From the NCBI GenBank assembly GCA_035415725.1, contig DAOOGN010000004.1, positions 7,353-71,352 on the forward strand: 64,000 nucleotides of DNA, in the 5' to 3' direction. Below are positions 44,442 through 54,577 of this stretch, piece after piece. This DNA comes from Anaerolineae bacterium. GTDB lineage: Bacteria > Chloroflexota > Anaerolineae > B4-G1 > SLSP01. The translations under genes and the position numbers were made by a program. Within the stretch, counting starts at the first letter, position 1; each line of letters begins with the position of its first letter. Under the pieces are notes generated by a model. The model was not told the DNA's origin. It ran no database searches and worked only from the letters and a program-made list of their open reading frames with translations.

Positions 44442-45704
44442 CTAGATGACAGTGTTATCAGGAATGACGGCGCCCTTGGGAACGACGACGATCCCCTCGC
44501 GCACCACGTAATTGTCGGTTTCTTCGTTCGGCGCGTCCAGGTGACTGCGGATGACAACGTTGCACCCGATGCGCGCGTTCTTGTCCAGGATGGCATCTTC
44601 AATGACGCTGCCATGGCCTACCCCGATGTCGGGCAGGCCGAGGCGCTGATTTTCATCCTTCTGCGCCAGTGACTCGAAATCATCGGCCCCCATCATCACC
44701 ACGCGGTGCAAGTGCGTGCCGCTGCTGACGATGCTGCGCAGTCCAATGACGCTGTCGGAAACAGCCGCGTGATCCAGTCGGCATCCGGGGGCGATCCACA
44801 CGCGCATCAGACTTGAATCAATGACCTGGCTACAAGGGAGAAACCGGGCGCGCGTATAAATAGGCCATTCCGCCGCGAAAAAATCGAAGGGCGGATTCGG
44901 GCCGGTGAGGGCCAGGTTTACTTCGTAGAAGGCGCGAATCGTGCCGATGTCTTCCCAATAACCCTCGAAAGGATAGGCGAAGACGCGCAGTCCCTTGTCA
45001 ATCGCTGCCGGGATAATGTTCCGACCAAAATCATCGCCTGGCTCGGTGCGCAATATATCCACCAGTGTTTTGGTACGAAAGACGTAAATACCCATCGAAG
45101 CCATATAGGGATTATCCCCCTCCAGGCTTGCCAGGCCCTCCAACTGATCCAGCGAAGGCTTTTCCTTAAATTTGTGAATCCGCCCTTCCTTGTCTGCCTG
45201 CAAGATGCCCAGACTCGAGGCTGCATCGGCTTTGACGGGTTTGACCGCTATCGTGATATCCGCCTCGTGCAAACCGTGGAAGCGGACGAATTCGCTGTAA
45301 TCCATCCGATAGAGATGATCGCCGGCGAGGATCAAAATGTCACGGGGACTTGGCACCTGCAGTTGATAGAGTTGCTTGCGCAGGGCGTCCGCCGTCCCCT
45401 GGTACCAGGATTCGCTCACTGGCGTCTGTTCCGCTGCCAAAATCCGCACCCATCCGCCGGAGAAGTTGTCGAACTGGTAAGTGCGCACAACGTGACGATG
45501 CAAGGAAACGGAGTTGTATTGCGTGAGCACGTAAATACGATTTACGCCGGAGTTAATACAATTGCTGATGGGAATGTCAATCAACCGGTAATAGCCCGCC
45601 AATGGCACGGCAGGCTTGGCACGCAGTTTGGTCAATGGATACAGTCTGGTTCCTGCACCCCCGCCCATAATCACCGCCAGGACGTCCTTCATAAAGCTCA
45701 ACAT
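44442..45704 (-). CDS. glgC: Glucose-1-phosphate adenylyltransferase
   Basis: GGGAGTRLYPLTKLRAKPAVP, YQGTADA, GDHLYRMDY, ASMGIYVF, YWEDIGT. Confidence 0.96.
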   Translation of the reverse strand: MLSFMKDVLAVIMGGGAGTRLYPLTKLRAKPAVPLAGYYRLIDIPISNCINSGVNRIYVLTQYNSVSLHRHVVRTYQFDNFSGGWVRILAAEQTPVSESWYQGTADALRKQLYQLQVPSPRDILILAGDHLYRMDYSEFVRFHGLHEADITIAVKPVKADAASSLGILQADKEGRIHKFKEKPSLDQLEGLASLEGDNPYMASMGIYVFRTKTLVDILRTEPGDDFGRNIIPAAIDKGLRVFAYPFEGYWEDIGTIRAFYEVNLALTGPNPPFDFFAAEWPIYTRARFLPCSQVIDSSLMRVWIAPGCRLDHAAVSDSVIGLRSIVSSGTHLHRVVMMGADDFESLAQKDENQRLGLPDIGVGHGSVIEDAILDKNARIGCNVVIRSHLDAPNEETDNYVVREGIVVVPKGAVIPDNTVI

Positions 45705-45746
45705 GGCAGTCCCCCTTTGACGTAGAGTATCAAGGTTATGTTCTAT

Positions 45747-45775
45747 ATTATAGTAACAGGCGCGGAATAACGCAA
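45747..45775 (-). promoter_or_regulatory. Putative sigma70 promoter for glgC
   Basis: Minus strand TTGCGT-N17-TATAAT. Confidence 0.55.
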
Positions 45776-45906
45776 CACACATTTGCAATCCCTTCTATGG
45801 AACATTGGCCAGCGCATTGCCGTTTCGCCCATTTGTTGTATTCTCTGGCTTGGTAAATCCCATAAATCGGTTTTCAGCATCGGTAACACCAGGTTGTTGT
45901 AAGCAG

Positions 45907-47934
45907 ATGAATACAAGGGACGAGGTAAAACTATGCCGGGCGAGGGTGCTCCTGGCATTGATCATGGCGCTGGCGTGCGCACTGCGCTTCGAGCGCCCCA
46001 CGCTGACCGAGTTCAAGCGCGACGAGGCGACAGTCGCGCGCCTGGCGCAGGCCATCGCTTACGAAGGCTACCGCCCGGCCGTCGGCGTGGATTCCTCGCT
46101 GGGCATCGACAACTTTCCATTCACGCTGTATCTGATGGCGCTGCCCATTCGCCTGTGGTCCGACCCGCTCGCGGCGGTGCTCTTCACGATGTTGCTCAAC
46201 GCGCTGGCCGTGGGAGGGTGTTACGCTCTGGGAAAAGCCTATTTCGGTACGCGGGTTGGCCTGATCGCTGCATTGCTCTTTGCCGTCAATCCCTGGGCGG
46301 TGCTCTACGCCCGCAAAATCTGGTGTCAGAACATGCCCTGGGTCACGCTGATTTTCTTCGCCGCTATGTTCGCCGTGTTCGTCAAGGGACGGCGCCGGTA
46401 TCTGGTGCTCGCCGGCGTGGGCGTCGCCGCCATGATCGGCCTGCACCTCAGCGGGCTGGCCGCGATTCCCATCCTGGGGCTGGCAATCCTGCTGTACCGG
46501 GATCAAGTCTCACCCAAGGCCCTGGCGGTGGGCGCGCTGGCGGCGCTCGGCACCGTCGGCCCCTACATCGTCCACGACGCCCAAAACGGATGGGAGAACT
46601 TGCACGGCGTCTTCCATTATGCCGGCGGAGCGGGGACTTTTTCGTGGGACGCGGTGCGCTACGCCTTTATGCTCGCCACCAGCTATGGGATCCCAGGGCA
46701 GGCCGGCGCATACCACGAACAATTCCAGGCCGGCGTGCTCAATCTCTGGTGGATGAATGACGTGATGATCGCGTTGGTCGGCGCCGGGTTGCTCTACGCG
46801 CTGGTGCAGGCGTTCCGCGGCGAGACCCAGGCGCAGCGACGCAGCTTTGGTCTGTTGTTACTGTGGTTCTGCATCCCTATTGTGTTACAACTCAAGCCCA
46901 GCACGGCGACTCAACCTCATTACTTCATTATGTTGTATCCGACGCAGTTCCTCTTTGTCGCCATCCTGCTCACCCACGGATTGGAACGTCTCCCCCGGCC
47001 CAAAATTTCCCTCGGTAAGCAGGAGATCCCGCTTGCGGAAGCTGTGTTAGTCGTGGGACTGCTCGTATGGAGTGGCTGGCAGATTTCCGTGATCCGTCAA
47101 CAGCGCGTTTACATGGTCGAACATCCTTCTACTGGCGGATATGGCATCCCTCTGCGTTATACCCGTGCAGCGGCGCAGAGTGCCACAGCGTTGGCCGACG
47201 GCGCAGAGATCATCGTCATCGACGAAAACAACCGGCCGTTTATGACCGAGACGCCGACCGTCTTCGATGCGCTGCTCTTTGGGACGCCCCATCGCTTTAC
47301 CGACGGACGCGCGGTACTGCCTGTGCCCGCCGGCGAGCGCGTCGTCTATCTCACCGGTTCGCTCAACGAGGCCAGCACTGCTGCTTTATCTCCCATCCTG
47401 CAACGCTTGACCACGTGGGATGCCGTGACCGTCGGCCCAGTCACACAACTGGCGGACGGTGTGATGTATCGCACTTTTGTACGTGAAGGCGCCAACCATG
47501 ACGATGTGGTCGCCGGGATGCAGCCATTGGCAAGGGGGATTCCATTCGCTAACAACGTCGTCTTCGCGGCTTATGAAGCGCCAGAGACGGCGACAGCGGG
47601 GCAACCGATCGAGGTCTGGCTGGCGTGGTGGCTGCGCGGGCTGCCGCCGTCCGGGGTAGACTATCACTTCACGGTACAACTGCTGGATGGGAACGGCGGT
47701 TTGCGCGCGCAGAACGATCACGCGGGATTTCCGGCGGACTATTGGCGAATGGGTGACCTCATCCTGAGCCGGTTCAGCATCCCCATCCCGGCGGACATCG
47801 AAGCGGGCAGCTACCGGCTCCGCGCCGGGATGTACAGCTTCCCTGACGTTACCGGCGTGCCAGTCGTCGATCCGCAGGGAACGCCGATTGACGACGGCGT
47901 GAGTTTAGGGAGCCTCATCATTGCCGCACCCTAA
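45907..47934 (+). CDS. GT39/ArnT-like membrane glycosyltransferase with C-terminal extracellular beta domain
   Basis: FKRDEA, NPWAVLYARKIW, HYFIMLYP, QNDH..FP..YWRMGDLI. Confidence 0.75.
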   Translation: MNTRDEVKLCRARVLLALIMALACALRFERPTLTEFKRDEATVARLAQAIAYEGYRPAVGVDSSLGIDNFPFTLYLMALPIRLWSDPLAAVLFTMLLNALAVGGCYALGKAYFGTRVGLIAALLFAVNPWAVLYARKIWCQNMPWVTLIFFAAMFAVFVKGRRRYLVLAGVGVAAMIGLHLSGLAAIPILGLAILLYRDQVSPKALAVGALAALGTVGPYIVHDAQNGWENLHGVFHYAGGAGTFSWDAVRYAFMLATSYGIPGQAGAYHEQFQAGVLNLWWMNDVMIALVGAGLLYALVQAFRGETQAQRRSFGLLLLWFCIPIVLQLKPSTATQPHYFIMLYPTQFLFVAILLTHGLERLPRPKISLGKQEIPLAEAVLVVGLLVWSGWQISVIRQQRVYMVEHPSTGGYGIPLRYTRAAAQSATALADGAEIIVIDENNRPFMTETPTVFDALLFGTPHRFTDGRAVLPVPAGERVVYLTGSLNEASTAALSPILQRLTTWDAVTVGPVTQLADGVMYRTFVREGANHDDVVAGMQPLARGIPFANNVVFAAYEAPETATAGQPIEVWLAWWLRGLPPSGVDYHFTVQLLDGNGGLRAQNDHAGFPADYWRMGDLILSRFSIPIPADIEAGSYRLRAGMYSFPDVTGVPVVDPQGTPIDDGVSLGSLIIAAP

Positions 47935-48154
47935 AGGTTACTACACTCACGCTCTGGGCGACTCCTGATTGTGCTGACTGCGGCGCGGACGAAGGCGGGG
48001 CACAGTATTGAGAGATTCAATCTCAAAACAGTGCGAAGGGGCAACTGCCGGAGAAGCAACTCCACATTGCGTACTGAATAAGTGTCTACGATCTGCATAG
48101 CTCCTTCCCTGCTATTTATGGCCAGGCCGTATAGAGGCTAGCAGCCTCTCTTTG

Positions 48155-48703
48155 CTATAATTCCAACCCCATCCAATAGTGATCGAAGTATTCGCCATGC
48201 AAGAAAATCCCCTTGCGGATTGTTCCCTCAATCACGAATCCCTTGCGCATGTAGAGCGCGATAGCACGCTGATTATCTGTCCGGGTATGCAAGTTGATTT
48301 TCTTGATGATCTGCCCGGTCCTTGCCCAGTCAATGAGCGCATCGAGCATGAACGAGCCGATGCCCAATCCCCAATACGGCTTCCGCACCGACAACCCAAA
48401 CTCGCCACTGTGCCGGACGCGAGGGCGGTGTCCCGCCGAAAAACTGAGTGTGCTCACAATCTGATCGGCTACCCACCCGACGATGTAGAGCTGGTTGTCT
48501 GATTCACGACATTTGCAGAGAAAATCCATTTCTTGCGCTTCAGTGAGATCAAACTCGCCAGGGCCGAAGGTCAGGAAGTCAGACTCGCTACTGATGGCTT
48601 GAACGTAATCGAGAACAGCATGGGCATCCTCGGCTGTCGCCTCACGGATAAAAAGTATGCGACCGTCTTTTAGTTCGTGGGTGCGCGGTTCTATGGTCGA
48701 CAT
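48155..48703 (-). CDS. GNAT-family N-acetyltransferase
   Basis: IREATAEDA, GLSVRKPYWGLGIGS, NQRAIALYMRKGF. Confidence 0.92.
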   Translation of the reverse strand: MSTIEPRTHELKDGRILFIREATAEDAHAVLDYVQAISSESDFLTFGPGEFDLTEAQEMDFLCKCRESDNQLYIVGWVADQIVSTLSFSAGHRPRVRHSGEFGLSVRKPYWGLGIGSFMLDALIDWARTGQIIKKINLHTRTDNQRAIALYMRKGFVIEGTIRKGIFLHGEYFDHYWMGLEL

Positions 48704-48719
48704 GGTATGGCTGACTCAC

Positions 48720-49805
48720 CTAATGTTTATGCGCATGCGAATCGGGCGCAGCAGCAATCACACCGGCAACCACTTGGACGAGCGGTCCGAATTCGCCATT
48801 GGCATAAGTTTCGATCTCGCCACGGTCGCCGAGGCGCGCCATCTCTGGGTCGAGGCCCAGCTTGCCCAGGAAGCGCGTATTGAAGGCGTTCGCCATCTCC
48901 TCAGAGTTGCCCTTGCCGAACAGCTCAAAACGCTCGCCGCACTTCGGGCAGGTGACGTAGCTCATGTTCTCCACCACGCCGATGAGGGGGATGTTCAGAT
49001 GCCCGGCCATGTTCGCAGCCTTGCGGACAACCATCTCTGCCAAATCCTGCGGCGACGTGACCAATACAACGCCTGTGATTGGCAAACCCTGCAACACGGT
49101 CAACGCCGCGTCGGAGGTGCCGGGCGGCATATCGACCACCAACACGTCCAGGTCGCCCCAGAAGACGTCGCTCCAGAACTGGTTGATGGCGCTGGCGATG
49201 AGCGGGCCGCGCCAGATGACGGCATCGGCTTCGTTTTCAAGCATCAAGTTGATCGACATAATCTTGATGCCGCCCGATGTTTGCGGTGGCATGATGCCCA
49301 ACGGCGATGTCTCCGGTGCGGTGTGGACGCCGAAGAGCTTGGGGATGCTGGGCCCGGTGATGTCGGCGTCCAGCACGCCCACCCGCAAACCTTGACGCCG
49401 CAGTCCCACGGCGATCATCGCTGCCACGGTGGACTTTCCCACGCCGCCTTTGCCGCTCATCACAGCGATCACCGTTTTGACGCGGTTGAGATTGCCCGCC
49501 GGAAAATTAGGCTGCGGCGGTGAGGATTGCAGGACCTCGCGCAGGTGCGCTTTCTCCCCTTCGTTCATCGCCGTGATCGCCACCTCGACATCCAGCCCCG
49601 GCTCCAGCGTTTTCACCGCCTGCACAACGTCCGTCGCGATGCTATCTTGCAAGGGACAGTTCGTCACCGTCAACGCCAGCGTCACTTTGACATGAGCGCC
49701 GCGGATGCGTACCTGGCGCACCATGCCCAAATCCACGATATTACGCCGCAGTTCTGGATCTACAACCTTGTGCAGCGCATCCAGCACCTGGTTTTCCGTT
49801 ACCAC
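48720..49805 (-). CDS. mrp: Mrp/NBP35 (ApbC) Fe-S cluster carrier ATPase with N-terminal MIP18-like domain
   Basis: VVDPELRRNIVDLGMV, SGKGGVGKST, DADITGPS, VIWRGP, DMPPGTSD, CPKC. Confidence 0.93.
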   Translation of the reverse strand: MVTENQVLDALHKVVDPELRRNIVDLGMVRQVRIRGAHVKVTLALTVTNCPLQDSIATDVVQAVKTLEPGLDVEVAITAMNEGEKAHLREVLQSSPPQPNFPAGNLNRVKTVIAVMSGKGGVGKSTVAAMIAVGLRRQGLRVGVLDADITGPSIPKLFGVHTAPETSPLGIMPPQTSGGIKIMSINLMLENEADAVIWRGPLIASAINQFWSDVFWGDLDVLVVDMPPGTSDAALTVLQGLPITGVVLVTSPQDLAEMVVRKAANMAGHLNIPLIGVVENMSYVTCPKCGERFELFGKGNSEEMANAFNTRFLGKLGLDPEMARLGDRGEIETYANGEFGPLVQVVAGVIAAAPDSHAHKH

Positions 49806-49879
49806 CTGAAGCCTCCCTTGAAAATAGTCTTATAGTCATGAGTCAAGTAGTCCTGTGATCATTTTCATGATCGGGACCT

Positions 49880-50165
49880 AATAGGCGCTGACTCTCTCAT
49901 CCCCCCAACCCCCTTCTCCCCCGCCGGCGGGGGAGAAGGGGGCGAAAAAAATGGGGGTGTGGAGGGCGGCGCAGCCGCCCTCCACACCCCCTACAAAAAT
50001 CCCCCTTCCTGGGGGGAAGAGGAGCAGAGGAAATAAGCTCATAGAAACACGCCTATCTTTGTCATCCAAGAGCACGCGGAGATGGATGCTATTTCTCTGC
50101 GTCCTCAGCGTGCTCAGCGGTGGAAACGAATTTAGCCGCATGTCCCACATCTTGTTGACCAGTAC
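49880..50165 (+). repeat. Chimeric family A / family D repeat
   Basis: Family A internal modules, including an 18-bp hairpin at 49953-49991, switch into the family D core near 50081. Confidence 0.75.
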
Positions 50166-50212
50166 ACAATTCGTGAAGATTTGTGCAGATTCGTGGTACA
50201 GTCTCCCCATGA

Positions 50213-50767
50213 TCAGCCCACCAACGCCGCAGTACGTCGCCGCGCTGCTTCCACTTCGACCTGCTCTTCCTCGCCGGGCTTCACTTCCCAGATGCGATCG
50301 GGGGCCACCAGCCGGTCGGTATACAGAACCCCGTTGCAATGATCGATTTCGTGTTGAAAGACGCGCGCCAGGAAACCGCGTGCGCGTAAGCGAAACGGCT
50401 TGCCGTGGCGGTCCAATCCACGCACAACGACTTCCGTCGCGCGCTCCACTTCTCCCGCGTAGCCGGGGACAGACAGGCAGCCTTCACTGCCGACCGCCGT
50501 TTCCTTACTCATCTTCACGATTTCCGGATTGATGACAATGTAGAGTTTGCCGCTGGTGGGGTCTTCTTCATCTTCCGGCGTTTCGATCACGATCACCCGC
50601 ACCATTTCACCGACCTGCACCGCCGCCAAACCCACGCCGTTCGCCGCATCCATTGTTTCGACCATATCGCGGATCAGCTCACGCACCTCTGGCGTCACTT
50701 TCTCCACCGGGTGTGAGCGTTTGCGTAAACGTGGGTCTCCCACCGTAATGATGTCGCGTAATGCCAT
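50213..50767 (-). CDS. def: Peptide deformylase
   Basis: GVGLAAVQVG, EGCLSVP, QHEIDHCNG. Confidence 0.97.
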   Translation of the reverse strand: MALRDIITVGDPRLRKRSHPVEKVTPEVRELIRDMVETMDAANGVGLAAVQVGEMVRVIVIETPEDEEDPTSGKLYIVINPEIVKMSKETAVGSEGCLSVPGYAGEVERATEVVVRGLDRHGKPFRLRARGFLARVFQHEIDHCNGVLYTDRLVAPDRIWEVKPGEEEQVEVEAARRRTAALVG

Positions 50768-50781
50768 ATTTCCTCCCGCTT

Positions 50782-52881
50782 TTACTCGCTCTCTTTGCGC
50801 AGGTTGTCATACGTTGCAAACCAGCTCAACAGTTCGTCCTGCCGCCGCGTCGCCTCGATCTGCCGCTGTTGTTGGTTATAGGTATACTGGCGGTCGGAGA
50901 TCAAAGAGCGGATTTTGGCCGGGTAGCGCACCCATCTCAACTCGAAGAGTCCCTCGCGCCCCGCCGTCTCGAATTGTACGTGACCGAACTTGAGTAACTG
51001 TCCCCAGAAACCCGGCACCTGAAAACTGAGGTTTTGAATACGATCCAGACGTGCTTCACGCCGCGATTCTTGCAGCAGAAGCGGCTTTTGTTTGACCAGG
51101 ATCACGTGACTCGGTGTCAATTGCACATAGTCGTTACGCCAATCCTCGATCAGCCACAATAAAACGCTCAGCAGAATCACTTCCACTATAGCCCAAGCCG
51201 CCACCCAGCCAACCACATGAGGGCTTCCCTGCTCCATGAGGTTAAACAAGGATATGGCGCCGCCAATGCTCACCACCGCCAGAGGCACGAAAACCCCCAG
51301 GTAGCGCAACAGGCCGATAAGCCAGTAGCGGCGCAGAATAATTGTCCCGCCCTCGCCGGTTTCCAGCCATGAGGGCGGGAAAAGGTACTCCCACAACCAA
51401 CTAAACGTGAGTAAAAGCCATAGAGGTCGGCGCGGGGCCGGGGCCACAGGCAAAGTTTGACTCGGCGGTGTCGGCGCTTTTTCGACTTTGAGGCGGCGCG
51501 CCAGCAGATCACGAATTTGTCCGCGCGACCGCAGTAGATCACGGGCTTTCAAACGTTCGATCTGTTGAAAGATCAACATCCGCAAGCCGGCCGGATCGGG
51601 AATGTTGTCGATGTCAATATCTACCGTTTCACCGGCGGTTTGCAGAACGAGATTGCCGTAATTGAGGATGTTCGCCGTCGCCCCCGCACGCACCTCGTGA
51701 ATATCCTGGATGTTGTCCAACGGACATTCCTCGGACTTCACCGCAAACGGCCAGGTGCGCTCGATATGAACGACACGCTGGGTCGTCAGCACAAAGTAAT
51801 CGTCGCGCCAGTTCATATACTGCCAGAAAATCGCCACGACCAGAACGGCAATCGGCATGGCGATGACAACCGTCAGAACAGACGCCGCCGGCGATTCTTG
51901 TATTTTCGAAGACAGAAAGTACAGCACCGGTGTCAACAAAATTAAGAAGAGCAACGGTACGGCCACACGGCGGAACAGGCGCGACCAATGACGCTGCACA
52001 ACGAACACAGTCCATTCATCATCACGCAGCCACTCAAACGCCTGAGTCTTGTGACGCATGCTGACGGTTTCGGAGACGTGCAGCCGGTGCCAAAGGCGCG
52101 GGCGTTCTTGCAACAGCTTGGCGAAATCGTCGCGCAGCAGGTAAAGCACGCGCGTCTGACCGTCGGCAGTCGCCAGCACATCGTGGAAGTCGCCAACCAA
52201 CAATCCCGTTTCTCCGGCTACGTCGCCGACTTCGAGCCAGCCGACTTCCTTGACCAGGCCATCGGGATCAATTTTTGTCAGTTGGATGCGGCCTTCCAGC
52301 ACTATCAACAGACGCTCGGCAATTTCACCCTGACGGAAAAGCCATTCGCCATTGCCGTAAACCTGATCGTGCAGCAGTGGCGCGATGCGGTAGAGTTCCA
52401 TCTCGGCACGTTCATCACGGAAATCCTGGAACAGGGGCACCTGCTTCAACGCCGCAACCCCTTGCGCCAGTTGCAGTGGCCCCGGCAAGAGCTTCCGCAA
52501 AAGGTCACTTTGGTCGTAGATTTTGACCAGTTCTCGGAACAGCATATACAGCAAGCGCGTTTTCTCAACAGCTTCCGCGTTGACACCCTCAAGCTGCTGA
52601 ACTACCAGTTCCGTGCGTCCGAAAACCTCACCGGCCTTGAGCTCCGCGATGGGGGTCACGTTGCCCTGTTCATCGACGCGCGTCAGACGCACTTTGCCTT
52701 CCACAAGGATGCACAGGCGATCCGGCGGTTGATCCTGGGTCAGGATGCGCTCGCCCACATCGTATATCCGCTCGCGCACAAAAGGCGTCATGCGCATGAG
52801 CACATCCTCGCCGGCGGCGTCCGTCAGTCCACGGAACAAAGGAACTTTCCGCAACTGCGTCAAGACTTCTTTCGGTTCCAT
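50782..52881 (-). CDS. Membrane protein with two cyclic-nucleotide-binding domains and two bacterial PH-like domains
   Basis: LRKVPLFRGL...GEVFGRT and LKQVPLFQD...GDVAGETGLL; NWRDDYFVLTTQRVV and DWRNDYVQLTPSHV, each after TM helices. Confidence 0.8.
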   Translation of the reverse strand: MEPKEVLTQLRKVPLFRGLTDAAGEDVLMRMTPFVRERIYDVGERILTQDQPPDRLCILVEGKVRLTRVDEQGNVTPIAELKAGEVFGRTELVVQQLEGVNAEAVEKTRLLYMLFRELVKIYDQSDLLRKLLPGPLQLAQGVAALKQVPLFQDFRDERAEMELYRIAPLLHDQVYGNGEWLFRQGEIAERLLIVLEGRIQLTKIDPDGLVKEVGWLEVGDVAGETGLLVGDFHDVLATADGQTRVLYLLRDDFAKLLQERPRLWHRLHVSETVSMRHKTQAFEWLRDDEWTVFVVQRHWSRLFRRVAVPLLFLILLTPVLYFLSSKIQESPAASVLTVVIAMPIAVLVVAIFWQYMNWRDDYFVLTTQRVVHIERTWPFAVKSEECPLDNIQDIHEVRAGATANILNYGNLVLQTAGETVDIDIDNIPDPAGLRMLIFQQIERLKARDLLRSRGQIRDLLARRLKVEKAPTPPSQTLPVAPAPRRPLWLLLTFSWLWEYLFPPSWLETGEGGTIILRRYWLIGLLRYLGVFVPLAVVSIGGAISLFNLMEQGSPHVVGWVAAWAIVEVILLSVLLWLIEDWRNDYVQLTPSHVILVKQKPLLLQESRREARLDRIQNLSFQVPGFWGQLLKFGHVQFETAGREGLFELRWVRYPAKIRSLISDRQYTYNQQQRQIEATRRQDELLSWFATYDNLRKESE

Positions 52882-52925
52882 ACTCTTTGCCCTTTACCGG
52901 ATTATACTACAATCCAACCAAAGGT

Positions 52926-53969
52926 TCATTTTTTGCTCATCATGCCACCCTCCCGGCGGTGGCGGACGGCGACGATCTCGGCGAGGATGGACAGGGCAAT
53001 CATCGCCGGCTCTTTACCGCCGATGTCCAATCCAACCGGCCCGTAGATACGGGCTAAATCCTGGGCGGTGAAGCCCGCTTCGACGAGGCTCGCCCGGCGG
53101 TCGGCCTGGGTCTTGCGACTGCCCAGGAACCCGATATAGAAAGCGTCACTACGCAATGCCAGTTTGAGCGCGGGGACGTCAAACTTGGCATCGTGAAAGA
53201 GAACGACCACGGCCCATGCCGGGCCGAAATCCTGGGGAGTGAAAATATCCTGCGGCCAACCGAAGCGTGTTTCCACGCCTGGAAAACGTTCTTCGCGCAA
53301 GAAGGCCCGTCGCGCGTCGCTCACTATCACCGTGAAATCCAGCACACGCGCCAGCGCGGCCAACGCTACGGCGATATCCGTCGCGCCGAAGATGAGGAGG
53401 GTAGGCGGCGGGGCGATCACTTCGATGAAGAATGTGCCCTGCGGATAGGTGTGTTTCTGCGCATACGGACCGGGCCAGGCTGCCGCGATGTCCATCAACA
53501 CCTCACCATCCAGGTCCGCATCGCCCAACGTACCATACGTCGCGCCCTCGGCGGTGTGCAACAAGTGCGCCGGCGGTTTGTCCGCATCGATCCGCGAGAC
53601 GAAGGCCACCGGCCGCCGCGCGGCTACTTCCGCCATCAGGCGTTCGTGAAGTGGCTCCCAGCGCTCGACCAGCACATCAATCGCGCCGCCGCATGCCAGT
53701 CCCGCGCCCCACGCCTGCTCGTCGCTGATGCCGAAATTCGGGCGCAGAACGTTCGCTTTCCCGGTCAGCACGGTTTCCAGCGCGGCGATGACGTCGCCGT
53801 CGACGCAGCCACTGCTGACCGAGCCGGCCACATCGCCCTCGGCGGTGATCGCCATGCGCGTCCCGGCCGGACGCAGCGACGATCCCCGCGTCTCCACAAT
53901 CGTCGCCAGTGCGATGGCGGTCTTCCCGGCCTCCTGCCAGCGTTTTACATCCGCGATAATGTCACGCAT
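52926..53969 (-). CDS. XdhC/CoxI-family molybdoenzyme maturation factor
   Basis: GSVSSGCVDG, GLACGGAIDV, YIGFLGSR, GPVGLDIGG. Confidence 0.92.
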   Translation of the reverse strand: MRDIIADVKRWQEAGKTAIALATIVETRGSSLRPAGTRMAITAEGDVAGSVSSGCVDGDVIAALETVLTGKANVLRPNFGISDEQAWGAGLACGGAIDVLVERWEPLHERLMAEVAARRPVAFVSRIDADKPPAHLLHTAEGATYGTLGDADLDGEVLMDIAAAWPGPYAQKHTYPQGTFFIEVIAPPPTLLIFGATDIAVALAALARVLDFTVIVSDARRAFLREERFPGVETRFGWPQDIFTPQDFGPAWAVVVLFHDAKFDVPALKLALRSDAFYIGFLGSRKTQADRRASLVEAGFTAQDLARIYGPVGLDIGGKEPAMIALSILAEIVAVRHRREGGMMSKK

Positions 53970-54010
53970 ACGTACTCCTCGTATAAAATAAGTAAAGCAT
54001 GCTTCAACAT

Positions 54011-54577
54011 TCAGCTCGCTTTAGATTTGCCCCACGTGTACGACCGCACGGTACCGTCGGCGAAGACGTGCGCCACTTCGAAGCGCACGCGCCCGGCTTC
54101 GACCGCTTTGGCAATCTGGCGCTGGCCGTTGGTCAGCATCGACTTGCCTTGTTTGATATCGAGGATGACGATTTCAACCTCGCCGGCAGTGCCTTCGTCC
54201 TTGACGGCGCTGTACCCATTGAAAATGACGTAATCGACCGGATCGCCGAGGAAGCGCGCGTCGGCGGGCCAGTACGAGAACCCCGGCAGAAGGGGTGCCA
54301 TCTGCTCGGCCATTTTCCCTTTGAGGACGGCGCGGCTCTGCTCGGCGCTCTGCCGGCGTGCCGACACGACCGTCTCGGCATGCCGGCCTTCCAGCTCGTG
54401 GATGCGCGCCTCGTAGTGCTGCACCAGGCGCGCCCGCTCGGCCTCGGCCCTGGCGCGATAGGTCGCGGCGATTTCGTCGCGCAGGTCATCGCGCGGCCCT
54501 TGATCGCGCGTGCGCAGCAGCAGATACGATATCGCCACGCCGATCACTAACCCGATGAGTAAGTAAATGCTGTTCAT
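54011..54577 (-). CDS. Holliday junction resolvase-like (Endonuc_Holl) protein with N-terminal TM anchor
   Basis: SRAVLKGKMAEQMAP, DARFLGDPVDYVIFNG, DIKQGKS. Confidence 0.82.
   Translation of the reverse strand: MNSIYLLIGLVIGVAISYLLLRTRDQGPRDDLRDEIAATYRARAEAERARLVQHYEARIHELEGRHAETVVSARRQSAEQSRAVLKGKMAEQMAPLLPGFSYWPADARFLGDPVDYVIFNGYSAVKDEGTAGEVEIVILDIKQGKSMLTNGQRQIAKAVEAGRVRFEVAHVFADGTVRSYTWGKSKAS

Noticed and set aside
54011-54577. Endonuclease as sign of a defence island or mobile element
   Set aside because: It is a widespread membrane-anchored Endonuc_Holl protein between metabolic genes, with no other defence or mobility genes nearby.
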